From: Mobula hypostoma
Lineage: Eukaryota
NCBI RefSeq assembly: GCF_963921235.1
Contig: NC_086109.1
Coordinates: forward strand, 1,984,001-2,048,000
DNA: 64,000 nucleotides
Direction: 5' to 3'
Shown here: piece by piece, positions 26,143 through 39,300 of the stretch
Layout of the letters: every line of letters begins with the position of its first letter
Position numbering within the stretch: the first letter of the stretch is position 1
Program-made: the position numbers and the translations under genes
Notes under the pieces: generated by a model
What the model saw: the letters and a program-made list of their open reading frames with translations, nothing else
What the model was told of the DNA's origin: nothing
Database searches by the model: none

Positions 26143-26486
26143 ATGCTTCCAGTGACGCTGCTCCTTGGGAAACACCCCTCTATGGGACAGTCCTCCAAGA
26201 CGGCGCCACCATCCAAACTCCGTGCAGTTACTGGATGGACACAACATTGTCTCTCAGCGAGCCCTGGCGACTCAGGTTAGGATGACAACGACGAATCAAA
26301 AGGTTTAACTGCCATGTCACGACTTGCCCCAGTAAAGACCAGGGATGTGGAGATTGAATCTGAATCAGAATCAGGTTTAATAACACAGCATATGTCATGA
26401 AATTTGTTGCCTTTGCAATAGATAATAGTAGACGATAAAAACTGTCAATTACAATAACATATATATTCAAAAGTTAAATTAAATAA

Positions 26487-27363
26487 TGTTACGTAACCGG
26501 CAACAATGAATATTAACCGAGACAAGTTTTATAAAAAACAACCGAACATTTATTAAACACGTATAAGCGATAGGGGAAAAAAAAAACAAAGGAAAACTTT
26601 AGCCGGAGGTTAAACAGGTTCGCAGCCGTTCATCAACTCCACTCGGCTCTGGTTCTTAAAGCGTTAAATGCGAAAACAGTTCTTAAAGCGATACAGTCAG
26701 ATACAGTTCTCAAAGCGATAACTTCGAAAGTCCAACAGTTTTACGCATTCAATTGGGAGAGACTTCTCTGGAGAACGATTTCTTCACCGACGCACCTTTA
26801 CTGCTGGTTCTGTTCACAGGATTCACGATGCCGAAAATAAACAGTTTAAATCAACTGACCTTAAATTCCTTTAGAGAGATAGAGCCGTTGTGCATGAACT
26901 CATTACGCTTTTACAAGAGTTATCTCAATGCAGCTTTTCAACGAAGACTCAATAAGGTCGATCCTTTATTAAACTGCCGAACCGATGCCGACTTCTCCCG
27001 ATCTTTCACTTCGACAAAGTGAAAAAAACTTCAAAAAACTGTCGGAATTGAGTAAAATGGCTCTTCCAGCCACACATTTCCAGTCCAAGTAACATGGAAT
27101 CTTTCAACAGAACGTACAACTTTTTAAAAATGAAACTGCGTCACAAAAACAAACACAACAGAAACGGAGATACAACACGTTCTACCTGGAAATCTACAAA
27201 CTCAAAATCCAACTGCGTCTCCTGGGTCGACCCTTATATAGTCACGGGGGGGGGCGCACATGTCATCATGTGACCTCACATCGGCGGGAAAATCACCAGG
27301 TGACCTCCAAAAGACCATTACAGCATTCTCACAACAAGCCCTGATCTCTTTGAGCATGTAACA
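26487..27363 (-). mobile_element. Solo LTR related to the Gmr1-type LTR at 35007
   Basis: TGTTAC...GTAACA termini; the reverse complement aligns by eye with both ends of 35007-35906. Confidence 0.75.
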
Positions 27364-27689
27364 GTAGTGTAGAAGTAAACATACATAAACAGTAGTGAGC
27401 TAGTAAAGGTAGTGAGTATGAAAGGATACAGATGTTTTTTTTCATCAACTGCCTGAACAGGAAAAGATTGATAAGTGATTCAGGGAAGGGGCACATCACA
27501 AACAAGAGAGTTGGACTGAATTTCAATGTATAAAGTCAGATACAGGTTGAACCCCTGTTATAGCAACTAAATTCTATCTACTATGTTGCTTTCTCCACAA
27601 ATCACACAGTTGACGCGTGGAGTTGATGACACCACAGGAGATGACAAATCAACATGTACAAGGTGGTGGAAGAATCAGAGGACTAGTGA

Positions 27690-28800
27690 GTAGCTAATGT
27701 TGCTGCATTATTCAAGAATGGAGCCATGGATAAACATTAGCTGAACGTGGAAAGGATAGATCCTCGACTCTCATGACAGTGGTAGGAAACTTGCTGGAGA
27801 AGGTTTTTATAGACAGGATTTGTGACAATTCGGAAAACCATAGACTGATGAGATGTAGCCGGTATGTCTCTGTACAGGACAAATCGCGTCTCTGTAATCT
27901 GATTGTGTTTTCTAATGAGGTGACGAGGGTGATTGGTGAAAGAAGAACTGTGGATATGTGGCGATTGACAGGGTCAGTCAGGTGCGGCTCATCCAGAAGA
28001 TTAAGATGCGTGGGGTCCATGGCGAATAGGCCATTTGGATTCAGAACTGGCTTGTCTATAGAAGGCAGACGGTAGAGGGAATAGGAGGGAGGAGTGGGGA
28101 TGGAGAGAAGGACAATGTGGGAAAAATGGATGGGGGGTTTGTGTTGAAAGTAGACTAACTGGATCTCAGACTCCTTCTACCCCGGTGATCCATCCACAGT
28201 TCCCACCACGTCCCCCTGTCCCAGATGTTGTGGTCACCCTTACGAATCTGTGTGGAACCCAGAGACGCCTCTGGAATACATTGACCTCAACCATAAGACA
28301 TGGTAGCAGAATTAGGCCATTAGGTCCGCCTTTCAATCATGGCTGATCCTTTTTCCCTTCCTCAGCCCCACTTCCCGGCCTTCTTCCCATAAGCTTTGGT
28401 GCCGTGACCAATCAACAACCTGTCTATCTCCGCTTTAAATACACCCAACGACCTGTGCTGTACAGCAACCTGTGATAACACATTTCACAAACTCACCACC
28501 CTCTGGCTAAAGAAATTTCTTCACATCTCTGTTTTAAGTGTACGCCCCTCTGCCCTGAAGCTGTGCTCTCTTGTCCTTGACTCCCCCTCCATGAGAAACA
28601 GCCTTTTTATATCTATTCTGTCTAGGCCTTTCAAAATTCGAAATATTTCAATGAGATCGTCCCTGATCATTCTAAATTCCAGCGAGTAAAAGCCTAGAGC
28701 GATCAAACGTTCCTCATATGATAAACCATTCATTTCCTGAAACATCCTTGTGAACCTCCACTGAAACCTATCCAATTCAGAAAGACCATTAAATAAGAAG
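27690..28800. mobile_element. Degenerate CR1 fragments (+ 27690-28080; - 28300-28800)
   Basis: Decayed GKLLE/SCLTNL/VTR motifs and an ESRTREHSFR C-terminus. Confidence 0.65.
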
Positions 28801-29559
28801 CCCAAAACTGTTCACCCTCGCCCTCCCTGTCTCTGTGACACCCTCCATAACCTGTGCCCTTCACTATCCTCATGAACCTCTCCCTCCTCTGCAGCCTTGC
28901 CTCTCCTGCACACTTCCGGACCTCTGCAATTCTCTCCCCAAAATCCAATCCTCCACGTCTCCATGATACCCTCCATTCCCTACACCACTTCTCATCTAAA
29001 TGATCTCCACCCGACCATTCCAATCTCTGTAATCCTCTCTTTCACAATCTCTGTGATTTCCTCCCTCCCCTTCAATCCTCTCCGTCTTTATGGACTCAAT
29101 TTATTCCTACACTTCCCCGTCTCTGTGACGCCTACTTCCCTCATACGCCCCAGTCTCTATAAACCCTCCCGTCTTCTACGCTCCTCTCTCACTAAACTCC
29201 CCTCCCTGTCCTTGCATTCCCCTTCACCCATCTCTGTATATCACCCAGTAACCCACAGGTTCGGTCGGCGGTGTAGGTCTAGAGAAGAACATTTCTGGCC
29301 CCACCAAACATCTGAAATTTCAGGTGCAAAACCTTCTGTTTCAGTGGATGCTGCATGATTTGTTCCCCCGTTGTAAATCAGTACCATGAAATAACAGGCC
29401 ATACACCATATGCAATTAAGCAATTTAACTTTATAATTCTGAATTTGACTAAAGGGTTAGTAAAGAAAAACGAAAAGAGAAGGGCCCTTTTTACTGAGAG
29501 AATCTAATGAGCACAGGTTGGAGCTCACGGTTTCCCTATCACAGCCCGGTACAGAAACA

Positions 29560-29872
29560 CCAATGCGCTGGAAAGGAAAATACGACAAAATGTAGCGGAT
29601 ACGACCCAGTCCATCACGGGTAAAGCCCTCCCCACCATTGAACCCATGTACACACAGCGTTGTCACAGGGAAACAGCGTCTATGATCGGGATCACCACAT
29701 TACAGACCGTGAGGTCTCGCTGCTGCCAGCAGGAAGAATGTACAGGAGATGTTTAATTCTCAGCGCTTCGTTCAGGAACAGTTATTATCCTTCAGCCATC
29801 AGTTCTGGAACCGATGGTAATAACTTCACTCAACTTCACTTGCCCCATCACTGAAAAGTTCCCACAGCCTAT
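29560..29872 (+). mobile_element. Rex1-type LINE 3-prime fragment
   Basis: LLPAGRMYR...FRNSYYPSAI followed by the 3-prime UTR, cut by the LTR at 29873. Confidence 0.65.
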
Positions 29873-30268
29873 TGTCACGTGCCCCGTGACGGGTAAAAGA
29901 ACCAGCAGAGATGGAAAACACTTTGGAGTCCAGTATTGCTATTAACTAATAGTATCTATCAGTAACTGCACAATATAATATGATATAAATACAGATAAAT
30001 CAAGCAGATTAGCAATAGTTATATATCAGTAAATGCGGAATATATAGGAAAACCAAGCTTTTTCAAGTCTGGGGGTAAATAGATAGTCTTACGATAATGA
30101 GTAAAGTTCAGTTCAGTTCGTGGTATTGAGTAGTGATAGAGAGAGGGAGAGGGAGAGATTTGAGTCTTCAGGTGAGCTGACACCATCGATCTTCCTGTTG
30201 TCCTCCGAAATCCTTTAAAAATCACCGACTGTGACCACAACAAAGGGGACCGTTCTTCTGTTGTGGTA
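29873..30268 (-). mobile_element. Truncated LTR (same family as 63954, related to 7746)
   Basis: Starts tgtcacgtgccccgtgacggg; ends abruptly next to the gag of the adjacent + strand element. Confidence 0.7.
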
Positions 30269-33200
30269 TTCGGCAGCAATGAATATTTACGAGTTTATGG
30301 AATCTCCTGACCCGGAGGTTATAGCGAAGGCAAAAAAGGGTGATGTATCCCAGATTGCTAGAAGGTTGTACCTTAAAGGAATTACGAAGGTTACAACAAA
30401 GCCAGTAATTCAGAGGAAAATCGTGGCACACTATAAAGAGTCGAGTGTTTTTGATGAACAAGTGTTAGATATGTTTCCACTGAGTAATCTAGCAGTTACA
30501 TATAGAACAAATAAACTTAGAGCAATTAGAAGCTGATTTGGAACAGAGTCGGTTAGAATCTGCGGATAAACAAAAGGAATTCGAAGCTAGAGAAGCCCAT
30601 AGGAAAAGAAAATTTGAAGAAAGAGAAGCAGAGAAACAAAGGAAATTTCATCTCGAGACGGAGAAATTAAAGTCCGAGAATCAGTCATTTGGTTCTAGGA
30701 AACAGTTTGTTGCTAGTCGAGAAATTATGTTGGCTCCTCCATTTAATGAAACAGAAGTGGACAAACATTTCCAACATTTTGAAATTGTTGCTCTGATTTC
30801 AGGGAGGCCGAAAGATAAATGGCCAGTGATGTTACTAAGTGTAATTAGGGGTAAGGCACAACAAGTTTATACAGCTTTAACTGCTGAGGAAGCACTTGAT
30901 TATGATATTGCAAAGCAGCATATATTGAAAGCGTATGAAATGGTTCCAGAAGTTTATAGAGAAAGATTCAGAAATTTGAAGAAATCCATGGAAAACACTT
31001 AACATGGAATTTGCCTATGATAAATCTATGTGTTTTGAGAGATGGGTTTCCTCTAAAAATGTGAATGGAGTGTATAAAAAATTAAGAGAGTTGATTTTAT
31101 TGGAGGAATTTAAAAGAAGAATTCCTGTTGAAGTAAGGTCATATTTAAATGAGAGGGACACTGTTACATTACAGGAGTCTGCTAAATTAGCTGATGAGTA
31201 TGCTTTAATTCCTAAGAGTAAATTGTCTCCAGGTAGAATTTCTAAAAGGAAAAGTAGCACAGAGAGTCAAGGTAAACCAGAAATTAAATCAGAATTTAGT
31301 GAGAAATGTAAGGAAGAAGGGAAATATATGAAGGAAAGACATTTTGGTCCTATTTGTAATTATTATAAGAAACCTGGACACATAATAGCTAACTGTTTCC
31401 GATTGAAGAAGAAGGAGAAGGAAACAATCCCAGATGCTTGTATGCAACATATTGAAACACCTGTATATCCCCTGAGTTCGATAAATACAAATGAAGCTTT
31501 GTCAGTCTTACCAAATTAAGAAGGGATGTGATAATTTTATAACTGAAGGATTTGTATCCTTGAAAGAAGGATCAACTCTGGTGCCAACAAAAATTTTTAG
31601 GGATACTGGAGCTTCTCAGTTGCTAATGTTAGACAGTATTCTAAAGTTTAGTGATAAGTCTAACACTGATGAGGTAAACTATATACGAGGTGTTGGGAGT
31701 GCATTTATGCCTGTACATTTGCATAAAGTAAATTTAAGGTCAGGGTTAGTTACAGGACCTGTGAAAGTAGGACTACAACCCAGTTTACCCTTGAAAGATC
31801 TTCCTTTATTGTTAGGGAATGACTTAGCAGATGGACAAGTTTACCTGTGAATCATGTTTCTTTATTGTTAGGAAATGACTACAAGATGGAAAGTTTTTCC
31901 TGAGGTGCATTTGATAATATAGCCCATTTCTGAGGAACCAAAGATGGATTCTAACATGGATTCCTCCTGTGTTGTAACCCGAGCTATGGCTACAAAGATT
32001 GATGTGCAGGATGGGTCTGCTACTCATCACTATTCAACTCGGGATTCAAATTTTGAGGACGTGTCAGAAACTTTCTTACCATCATTGTTTGATCAAGATT
32101 ATAGTAGTAAGTCTGACCATGAAGATTTGTCTTTATCTCGCAAGGTGATGATAGCAGAGCAGAGTAGAGACCCTGAGATTACCAAATTAAAGGAACAAGC
32201 TCTTCCAGATAGTGAAATTAAAAAGGTGCGAGTAGGATATTATTTTGAAAAGGGAGTATTAAGGAAGAAGTGGAGATCACCTACAATTCCTGCAAGTGAG
32301 GAATGGAAAGTTAATCACCAGGTAGTAGTTTCTAAAGTTTATCGGAATGTGATTTTAACTATGGCTCATAGTATGCCTTTGGGTGGCCATCAAGGTGTAA
32401 AGAAAACTGTGAACAAGGTTTTTAAACATTTTTACTGGCCTAGTTTAAGAAAAGATGTGGCGACATTTTGCATAACGTGTCATCCATGTCAGATTGTTTG
32501 TAAACCTAATCAAGTTACTCCAGTGGTCCCACTGCAACCTATTCCCGCCTGGTGAACCGTTTTCCAAGATTATTATAGATTGTGTAGGCCCATTGCCAAA
32601 AACCAAAACTGGACATGAATATTTGTTGACCATCATGTGCACAGTATCTAGGTTTCCAGAGGCAATACCAGTCAGGAATATAACGGCTAAAACTGTAATA
32701 AAGGCTCTTATAAAATTCTTTACTTACTTTGGGTTGCCTAAGGAAATACAATCTGATCAAGGTAGTTATTTTATGTCTGAATTGTTTCAGCAGATAGTTT
32801 ATAAATTGGGAGCAAAACAGATTACCTTATCTGCATATCATCCAGAATTGCAAGGAGCCTCGAAACTATGATAAGGACATATTGTTTGGAAAATGAAAAT
32901 CACTGGGATGAGAGCGTACATTGACTTCTTTTTGCAGTACGGGAGTCAGTGCAGGAATCATTAGGTTTTAGTCCTTTTGAAATTGTGTTTGGGCACAGAG
33001 TTAGAGGACCTTTGGCCTTGTTAAAAAAAAAAGAACAGTGGATTAATAAAGAGGTACACACTAATTTGCTGGATTATGTTTTGAAATTTAAGGAAAGATT
33101 GCATACACCTTGTAGCTTAGCTGAGGAAAATTTAAAATCGGCTCAGGAGAAAATGAAAACTTGGGATGATAAGAAAGCTAGAATGAGGTCATTTAAGCCT

Positions 33201-35906
33201 GGAGATAAGGTGTTGGTTCTTTTCCCGGTGTGAACGAACCCATTACAAGCTAAATTTCATTGTCTTTATGAAATTATATCTAAAGTTAATGAATTGGATT
33301 ATGTGATAAAATTACTGGATCGAAGAAAGCCAACACAGCTTTGTCATATAAATATGATAAAACCATATTATGAGAAACAGTCCGCTACTATGACTGTGGA
33401 ACTTAATGGATGATTCATCTGAAACTCATTTTCAACTCAACATTATTTCTGCCAGGTTACCAAACTCAACTATTCTGGAAAATATTGATGAGAAATTAGC
33501 TTATTTACAGCCAGAGCAGAGAGAGCACATGAAACGGTTAATTTATTATTATGATTTATTTCCAGACGTTCCTAAAAGAACTACAGTAGCTTAACATGAT
33601 GTAGATGTTGTAGATGCTAAACCCATAAAGCAACATCCATATCGGATGAATAGGGAAAAATGTGAACTTGATGAACAAGAAATTAAATATATGTTAAGAA
33701 TAATATTATTAGACCTTCTAATTCGAATTGTAGTTCATCTTGTGTTATGGTGCCTAAGCCAGACAGTAGTATTAGATTTTGTACAGATTACGGTAAGGTG
33801 AATGCTGTGACAAAAAATGATGCGTATCCAATCCCTAGGGTAGATGATTGTATGGACAAAGTTGGAAAAGCAAAGTTCCTTACAAAGATTGATTTGTTAA
33901 AAGGTTATTGGTGTGTTCCATTGACAGATAGAGGTAGAGAGATTTCTGCATTTGTAACCCCATCCTGGTTATATGAATATAATGTTCATCCTTTTGGGAT
34001 GAAGAATGCCCCAGGTACTTTCCAGTGGATGATTAATTCTGTAATTCAGGGGTTAAAGGATACAGATGCCTATATTGATGATTTAGTTATAGGAAATGAT
34101 ACTTGGGAAGCACATGTTACTGCAGTGGAGTAACTATTTGAAAGGCTTTCAAAAGCTAACTTAACTATCAACTTAGCTAAAAGTGAATTTGGTCATGCCA
34201 CTGTGACCTAACTTGGTTATATTGTGGGTCAAGGTAAGTTGGCTCCTGCTCAGGCAAAAGTTCAAGCAATGTTAGAGGTACCCATTCCAACTGGAAAACA
34301 GACTCCAAGAAGATTCTTGGGAATGGTAGGATATTACCATAAATATTGTAAGAATTTTGCTAATGTTGCCCTTCCATTAACTAATCTCTTGAAGAAAAGT
34401 TTCTGAAAAGTTTGTTTGGACAGAGCCTTGTCAGGAGGCATTTGATAAATTGAAAACTATACTATGTCATTAACATGTGCTCAAGTCACCTGACTTTGAA
34501 AAACGATGAGGTTGATTGTCCAGTAGCTTACTTTTCTAAGAAATTAAATTTGCATCAAAGAAATTATTCAACTATAGAAAAGGAATTATTACCTCTTGTT
34601 TTGGCTTTACAATATTTTGCTGTGTATGTTGGTACTACTCAGAAACCACTCACAGTTTACACTGATCATAATCCATTAGTGTTTATGAGTAAGATGAAAA
34701 ACAAAAATAGAAGGTTACTAAATTGGAGTTCAATGTTACAGGAGTATAATATTTTCATAACTCATATTAAAGGTAAAGATAATGTGATCGCTGACTGTTC
34801 ATCTAGATGTTGAATGTACAATGTAATTTTTTTTGATGGAGTGGTATTTTAACATTTGTAACACTCCTACAGTATATTAGTTTGCTAGGTTCTGTACCAT
34901 AATACTGTGTATATTGGGTATGTTGTAGATTTTATACGTTTGTATTTTTTTGTATGTAGTTATTCAAATTTTGCTCATAAAAGACTAAAATTTTTTTGGA
35001 GGCAGGTGTTACATACCTCGTGGGTATCTTGTGACTGTCTTATGACCATGATGTAATTGAGTACATTGCGAGCATGATGTAATGGTCTTGTGATGGTGGG
35101 GGTGGTGTAATTTTCCCACCAGTGTGAGGTCATGTGATGGCATGTTCACAACAGGTATAAAAGGAGAACCCCTGTTGTGATGCAGTTAGTTTCAGTTTAG
35201 TCTTAGTTCAGTTTGTCAGTTACTCCGTTATGCTGCGTATTCGTCTCATGACACAATTTCTTCTTAAAGTGGAGTTCTACTTTCTATTGTAAGGTAAAAT
35301 CGTTGTGCCAGTAGTTTCACCAATCGCTGCCAGCTTTGTTGGTGTATCGTTGATTTACCTTCACGGTGGTATTGTAGAGTGAAGACCTTACTAAAGGATG
35401 GGAACCTGAAGGATCGAAAAAAGTTGGAGTCGTTCGCGGTTTAATAAAGGATCGACCTTATTGAGTATTCGTTCAGAAATGGTGACCTGTATCTGAGATA
35501 ACTCCTGCAAGAGTAGGAAAGTTTGCGCAGTGTTCACTCGGCAGAAAAAGGTCAGTTCCTTAAAGCCATTTTATTTCCTTCGTCGTGAATCCTTCGGAAA
35601 ATCAGCAGTAACGTCATGTCTTTGAAGAAATCCGTTTCCAGAGAAGTCTCTCCTTACTGACTCTGTAAATCACTTGGACTTTCGAATTTACCATTTTAAG
35701 ACTGTGTTCAAATTTACCACTTTAAGAGCTGTTTTCGAATTTACCCTTTTAAGAACTGCTCCAGAGTTGCCGTATAGCAGTTAACTTCCGCTTAAGTTAG
35801 TCGTTTGAATACTTTTCGCTATTGTTGCGCAGAGTTTAATAAATGTTTATGTTTGTTTATAAAACCCTGATTCAATTCTATATTCATTATTGCTGGTCAC
35901 ATGACA
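30269..35906 (+). mobile_element. Gmr1-type Ty3/Gypsy retrotransposon (gag-PR-INT-RT-RH) missing its 5-prime LTR; stops and frameshifts present
   Basis: SCAN-like gag and knuckle CNYYKKPGHIIANC, PR DTGAS (about 31600), INT HxxxxxGH..CxxC/DCVGPL/SDQGS (32350-33300), RT YIDD (about 34075), RH TDHNPL; purine tract then 3-prime LTR 35007-35906 with TATAAAA and AATAAA. Confidence 0.92.
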
Positions 35907-36738
35907 ATTTGCAAATCCTAATGTCAAAACATAATGTCTGTTGTATTTATTTGTCATTTTACGTACATTTTTTTTCCCATTCATCCCCCACCTGACCCCT
36001 AATTGTCCATGCTGTGTCCCTACTGCACACTGCGCATGCGTAGTTTCTGTCGCGCACGAATAATAACGGCCCGGGTCAACACCATGGTTTTTTCCCGGAA
36101 CCGCCAAACCTCAAACAAATGCACTATGTTGGCTATGAGTGCTCCAGAAACAACAAACGTAACACAAATAAACTTTTATGCATTAAATTTAATCAACTTA
36201 AATATTATTCATTCTCTAAATTGTTTATGTGTGTTACTGGCGTATTGGTTATGGCAAATGCGTATATATGAGGTGAGTGTGTCTGTGTGTATGGATGGTG
36301 TATGTTCTGTGTTACAGGTATGCACCCCGACACCGTCCAGCAAAATGTGGTATCAAATGGGAAGACATGTAACACGATAAGTGTATTTATTTCAAGGTTG
36401 TGAAATTATAGCAGTGTGGCCCAAGTCCAGTGACAGAGACTTCTAACACATTTATGGCCACGTTGCCCTTCTTCACTCCAAGAAAAACAAAAATATCCTA
36501 CCTTGGCTGTCTTTATAACTGAAACACTCCATCCAGCCAATATTCCAGTTAAATGTCGGCAGAAGGGGATTGAACCTATGTCAGCCATAGTTGAACAGCT
36601 GAACAGACTCTTTGGGACGAATAGCCTTATTCTGCTCCTAAAATTATGGTCTGACTTTTCCTGCACCGGCTCCAGCACTATGACATATCTCTGCAACATG
36701 GTGACCAGAAACACAGGTCAGCTCTGACCATTCCTTTA

Positions 36739-37531
36739 TGTAACCCCCTCACCGGGCTCGTCAGCTAATTCTAACAGCCACGGGAATCGATGGAGAGAAG
36801 GCCACCTTTCATAAACAGTATACGCCTATAGTCGGTATGATTTGGAGTTCAACCAAACAGGAACGCCATGAATGAAACCTCGATTTGAAAGAATGCTGTG
36901 TAAATACTGTCCATAAACAAATATAGGCTGTGAAGAAATAACAGACCGTACAATGAATGAAATTATAAAGGAAGTACATTTACTAATTTCAACTTTATCA
37001 AACAATATTTAAAAGAAAGGAAAGAAAGAGAAAAAAAGTAAAGGGGCCCATTTCAGTTAGACCAGTCTAAATGTGCACATAACCGTTGGAGCTCGTCTCT
37101 TCCAAAGCTGGGCATAACGATTTCTCTCGGCGCCGAACCTACAGTCTGCCTGGAAACACGCACCACATTCCGAACAAACTAGCTCTCTCTCCTTGGCCCG
37201 TCATCTGCACAAAGCACTCCTTGCAAAGAGTACACTCCTTCCCTCGGAATTCTGCGGAACCTCCTCTTCTCTCCCGCTCCGCAGCTTCAGCCAAAACACC
37301 CCAAACCAGACTACTGTCAGTCACAAATCTCTCTCTGATCCAGCCTGTCCAGAACCTCGGCAGATCCCACCATCCTGATCGGCTGACAGAACATTCCTAA
37401 GTTCAACACCTGGGCATCTTATCTTCAGCCAAAATCTAAATATTCCACCAGCAAGAAACACTGATTTTGCAGAAAACTGCTAAAATAAAATATCTACACA
37501 TAACAGTAGAAAACTTAACCAGGACATTACA
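36739..37531. mobile_element. Probable solo LTR
   Basis: TGTAA...TTACA termini, flanks TTTA/TTGA (TSD with one mismatch); partly homologous to 29380-29520. Confidence 0.55.
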
Positions 37532-37599
37532 TTGATAAATTTAGTGCACAACCATTTTGTTCTAACATTTAACAAACAATTGGCTACTTCAACAATGTG

Positions 37600-38893
37600 A
37601 ACTGTTCTCTGTAGCAAAAATCTCACACAGGTGCCACCGGCAGAAAATCTCACGCAAGCGCTGTTGGCAAAAACACTCTCTCTAGTAACCTTTAAGCTAT
37701 GAAGCTGCCAAATCATACCAAATAACACGTAAAAATACACAGCCTATATAAAGTAGAAATAATGTATGTACAGTGTAGTATCACTTACCGGAATTGATTC
37801 AGCGCCGAGCACACTGATGATGGTGTGTTAGGCTGAGTCGGAATTTGGGTGGTGGAGTGGCCCCCACCCTCCAGGCCACTGAGGGATACATTGCCGCGAG
37901 GCACGCAGGGGTCCAGCGGTAGCCAGGAAGCATCCAGCACATATTTAAGAAAAAAGCCGAAACAAACATGCTAATTAGGTGCCACCTGACACGTAATTGT
38001 TGGCCCAGATCAGTGCCGATTTCCAATTGCGTCGCCTCTGATCTGGGCCGACAATTACGTGTCAGCGGCACCTAATTAATTAACATGTTTATTTTGTTTT
38101 CTTTCTTAAAGATGTGCTGTGTGCCTCCCGGCTACTGCTGCATTCTCTGCGAATTCGTATCTGTCCGCGGCCTGGGTGTTGGGGTGGTGGGACACTGGGG
38201 TGTCATCTCGTCGTCTGTTTCCATTAGAGCAGGCAGCTCATCTTCTCCTATGACTGCCCGCCTCGATGTCGAAGGTCGAGGTTCGTCGTCTGCTGTGGCT
38301 AATGTGGAAGGCTTGCTTGACTGCTGAGCCTTGCGCATTTTTCTATATACAGTTCTTTGTAAGCACTCAACCCATCCTGCAAATATCTCCTAAACCGACG
38401 TACCCTTTCAAAATTAAAAGTCGTACTTTATCATTATTCATTCAGTTTCGATTGTTATCCTTTTCTCTTCCAACTGTATCAGCTCTTCATCTGTCAGTTC
38501 TTGGTCATGGGATGCCAAAACCTCTTCAACATCATCTTCATCAGCTTCCACAAGCCTAATTCACGTTGTCCTTAATTCGTACAGCACGATCGAAACGCTT
38601 AATTATGTCTAGTTTTACACTAAGTGTAACACCCTTACAAGCTCTTTCAGGCTTTTCCGATACCTTAGAACTCATCTTGCAAACGGCTGCTCACAGGCAC
38701 GTGTTAAAGCAATGCCGGCGAGAATGCAGGGGAGAGCGGCTGTTCAGGGCACGCGCTGCCTTTTATTGCGTGCTGCTTTTTTTTCATAACAGTGAAAACA
38801 CCTTCTGAAAGTGAAAACAGGGTACTAATGTAGGTCTTTCGTAACAGTGAGGTTTCGTAAAGCAAACGTTCGAAAAGCGGGAGACACCTGGTA
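37600..38893 (-). mobile_element. Internally deleted Tigger/pogo DNA transposon
   Basis: Minus strand KGVTLSVKLDIIKRFDR (HTH start) joined to a decayed acidic C-terminus; TIR-like end CAGGTGTCTCCCGCTTTTCGAACG. Confidence 0.7.
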
Positions 38894-38899
38894 ACTCCA

Positions 38900-39300
38900 T
38901 TCCTAGATATTCTGCATTGGATATTGTACCTTTCAGAATTGATTCTAAAATTCTATTACTTGTTTTTAAAGCTCTCAATGGTCCTGGCCCAGAGGATGCC
39001 AGAATTGCTTTTGTTTTATAATTCTGTTTGAGCTCTCAGGTCTTCTTCAGCTGGTGTCTTGAATAAAAATGATAATATGCTGTGTCATCTTTTTTAAAGT
39101 ATGTTCCCTATCTGTGGAACTCAGTACCTACAATGAAAAGGAATGCAGTCTCTCTGACATTTTCAAACACCAGCTCAAACCTAATTACTTATCCTCATTC
39201 TTAACTAACATCTTTTTGTCTTTTATTTTTATGTTTGTACTTTATCCCGTTGTAAAATACTTCGAACTACATTGTCTGCGCAAAGAGTCCTTGATAATAA
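38900..39300 (+). mobile_element. L2-type LINE 3-prime fragment
   Basis: RIDSKILLLVFKALNG...LWNSVP...FKHQLK resembles the L2 ORF2 C-terminus. Confidence 0.55.

Noticed and set aside
35960-36720. Possible piggyBac transposase relic or NRF1-type promoter motif (TGCGCATGCG)
   Set aside because: Only vague peptide resemblance, no TTAA/TIR pair found, and a single motif without further promoter evidence.
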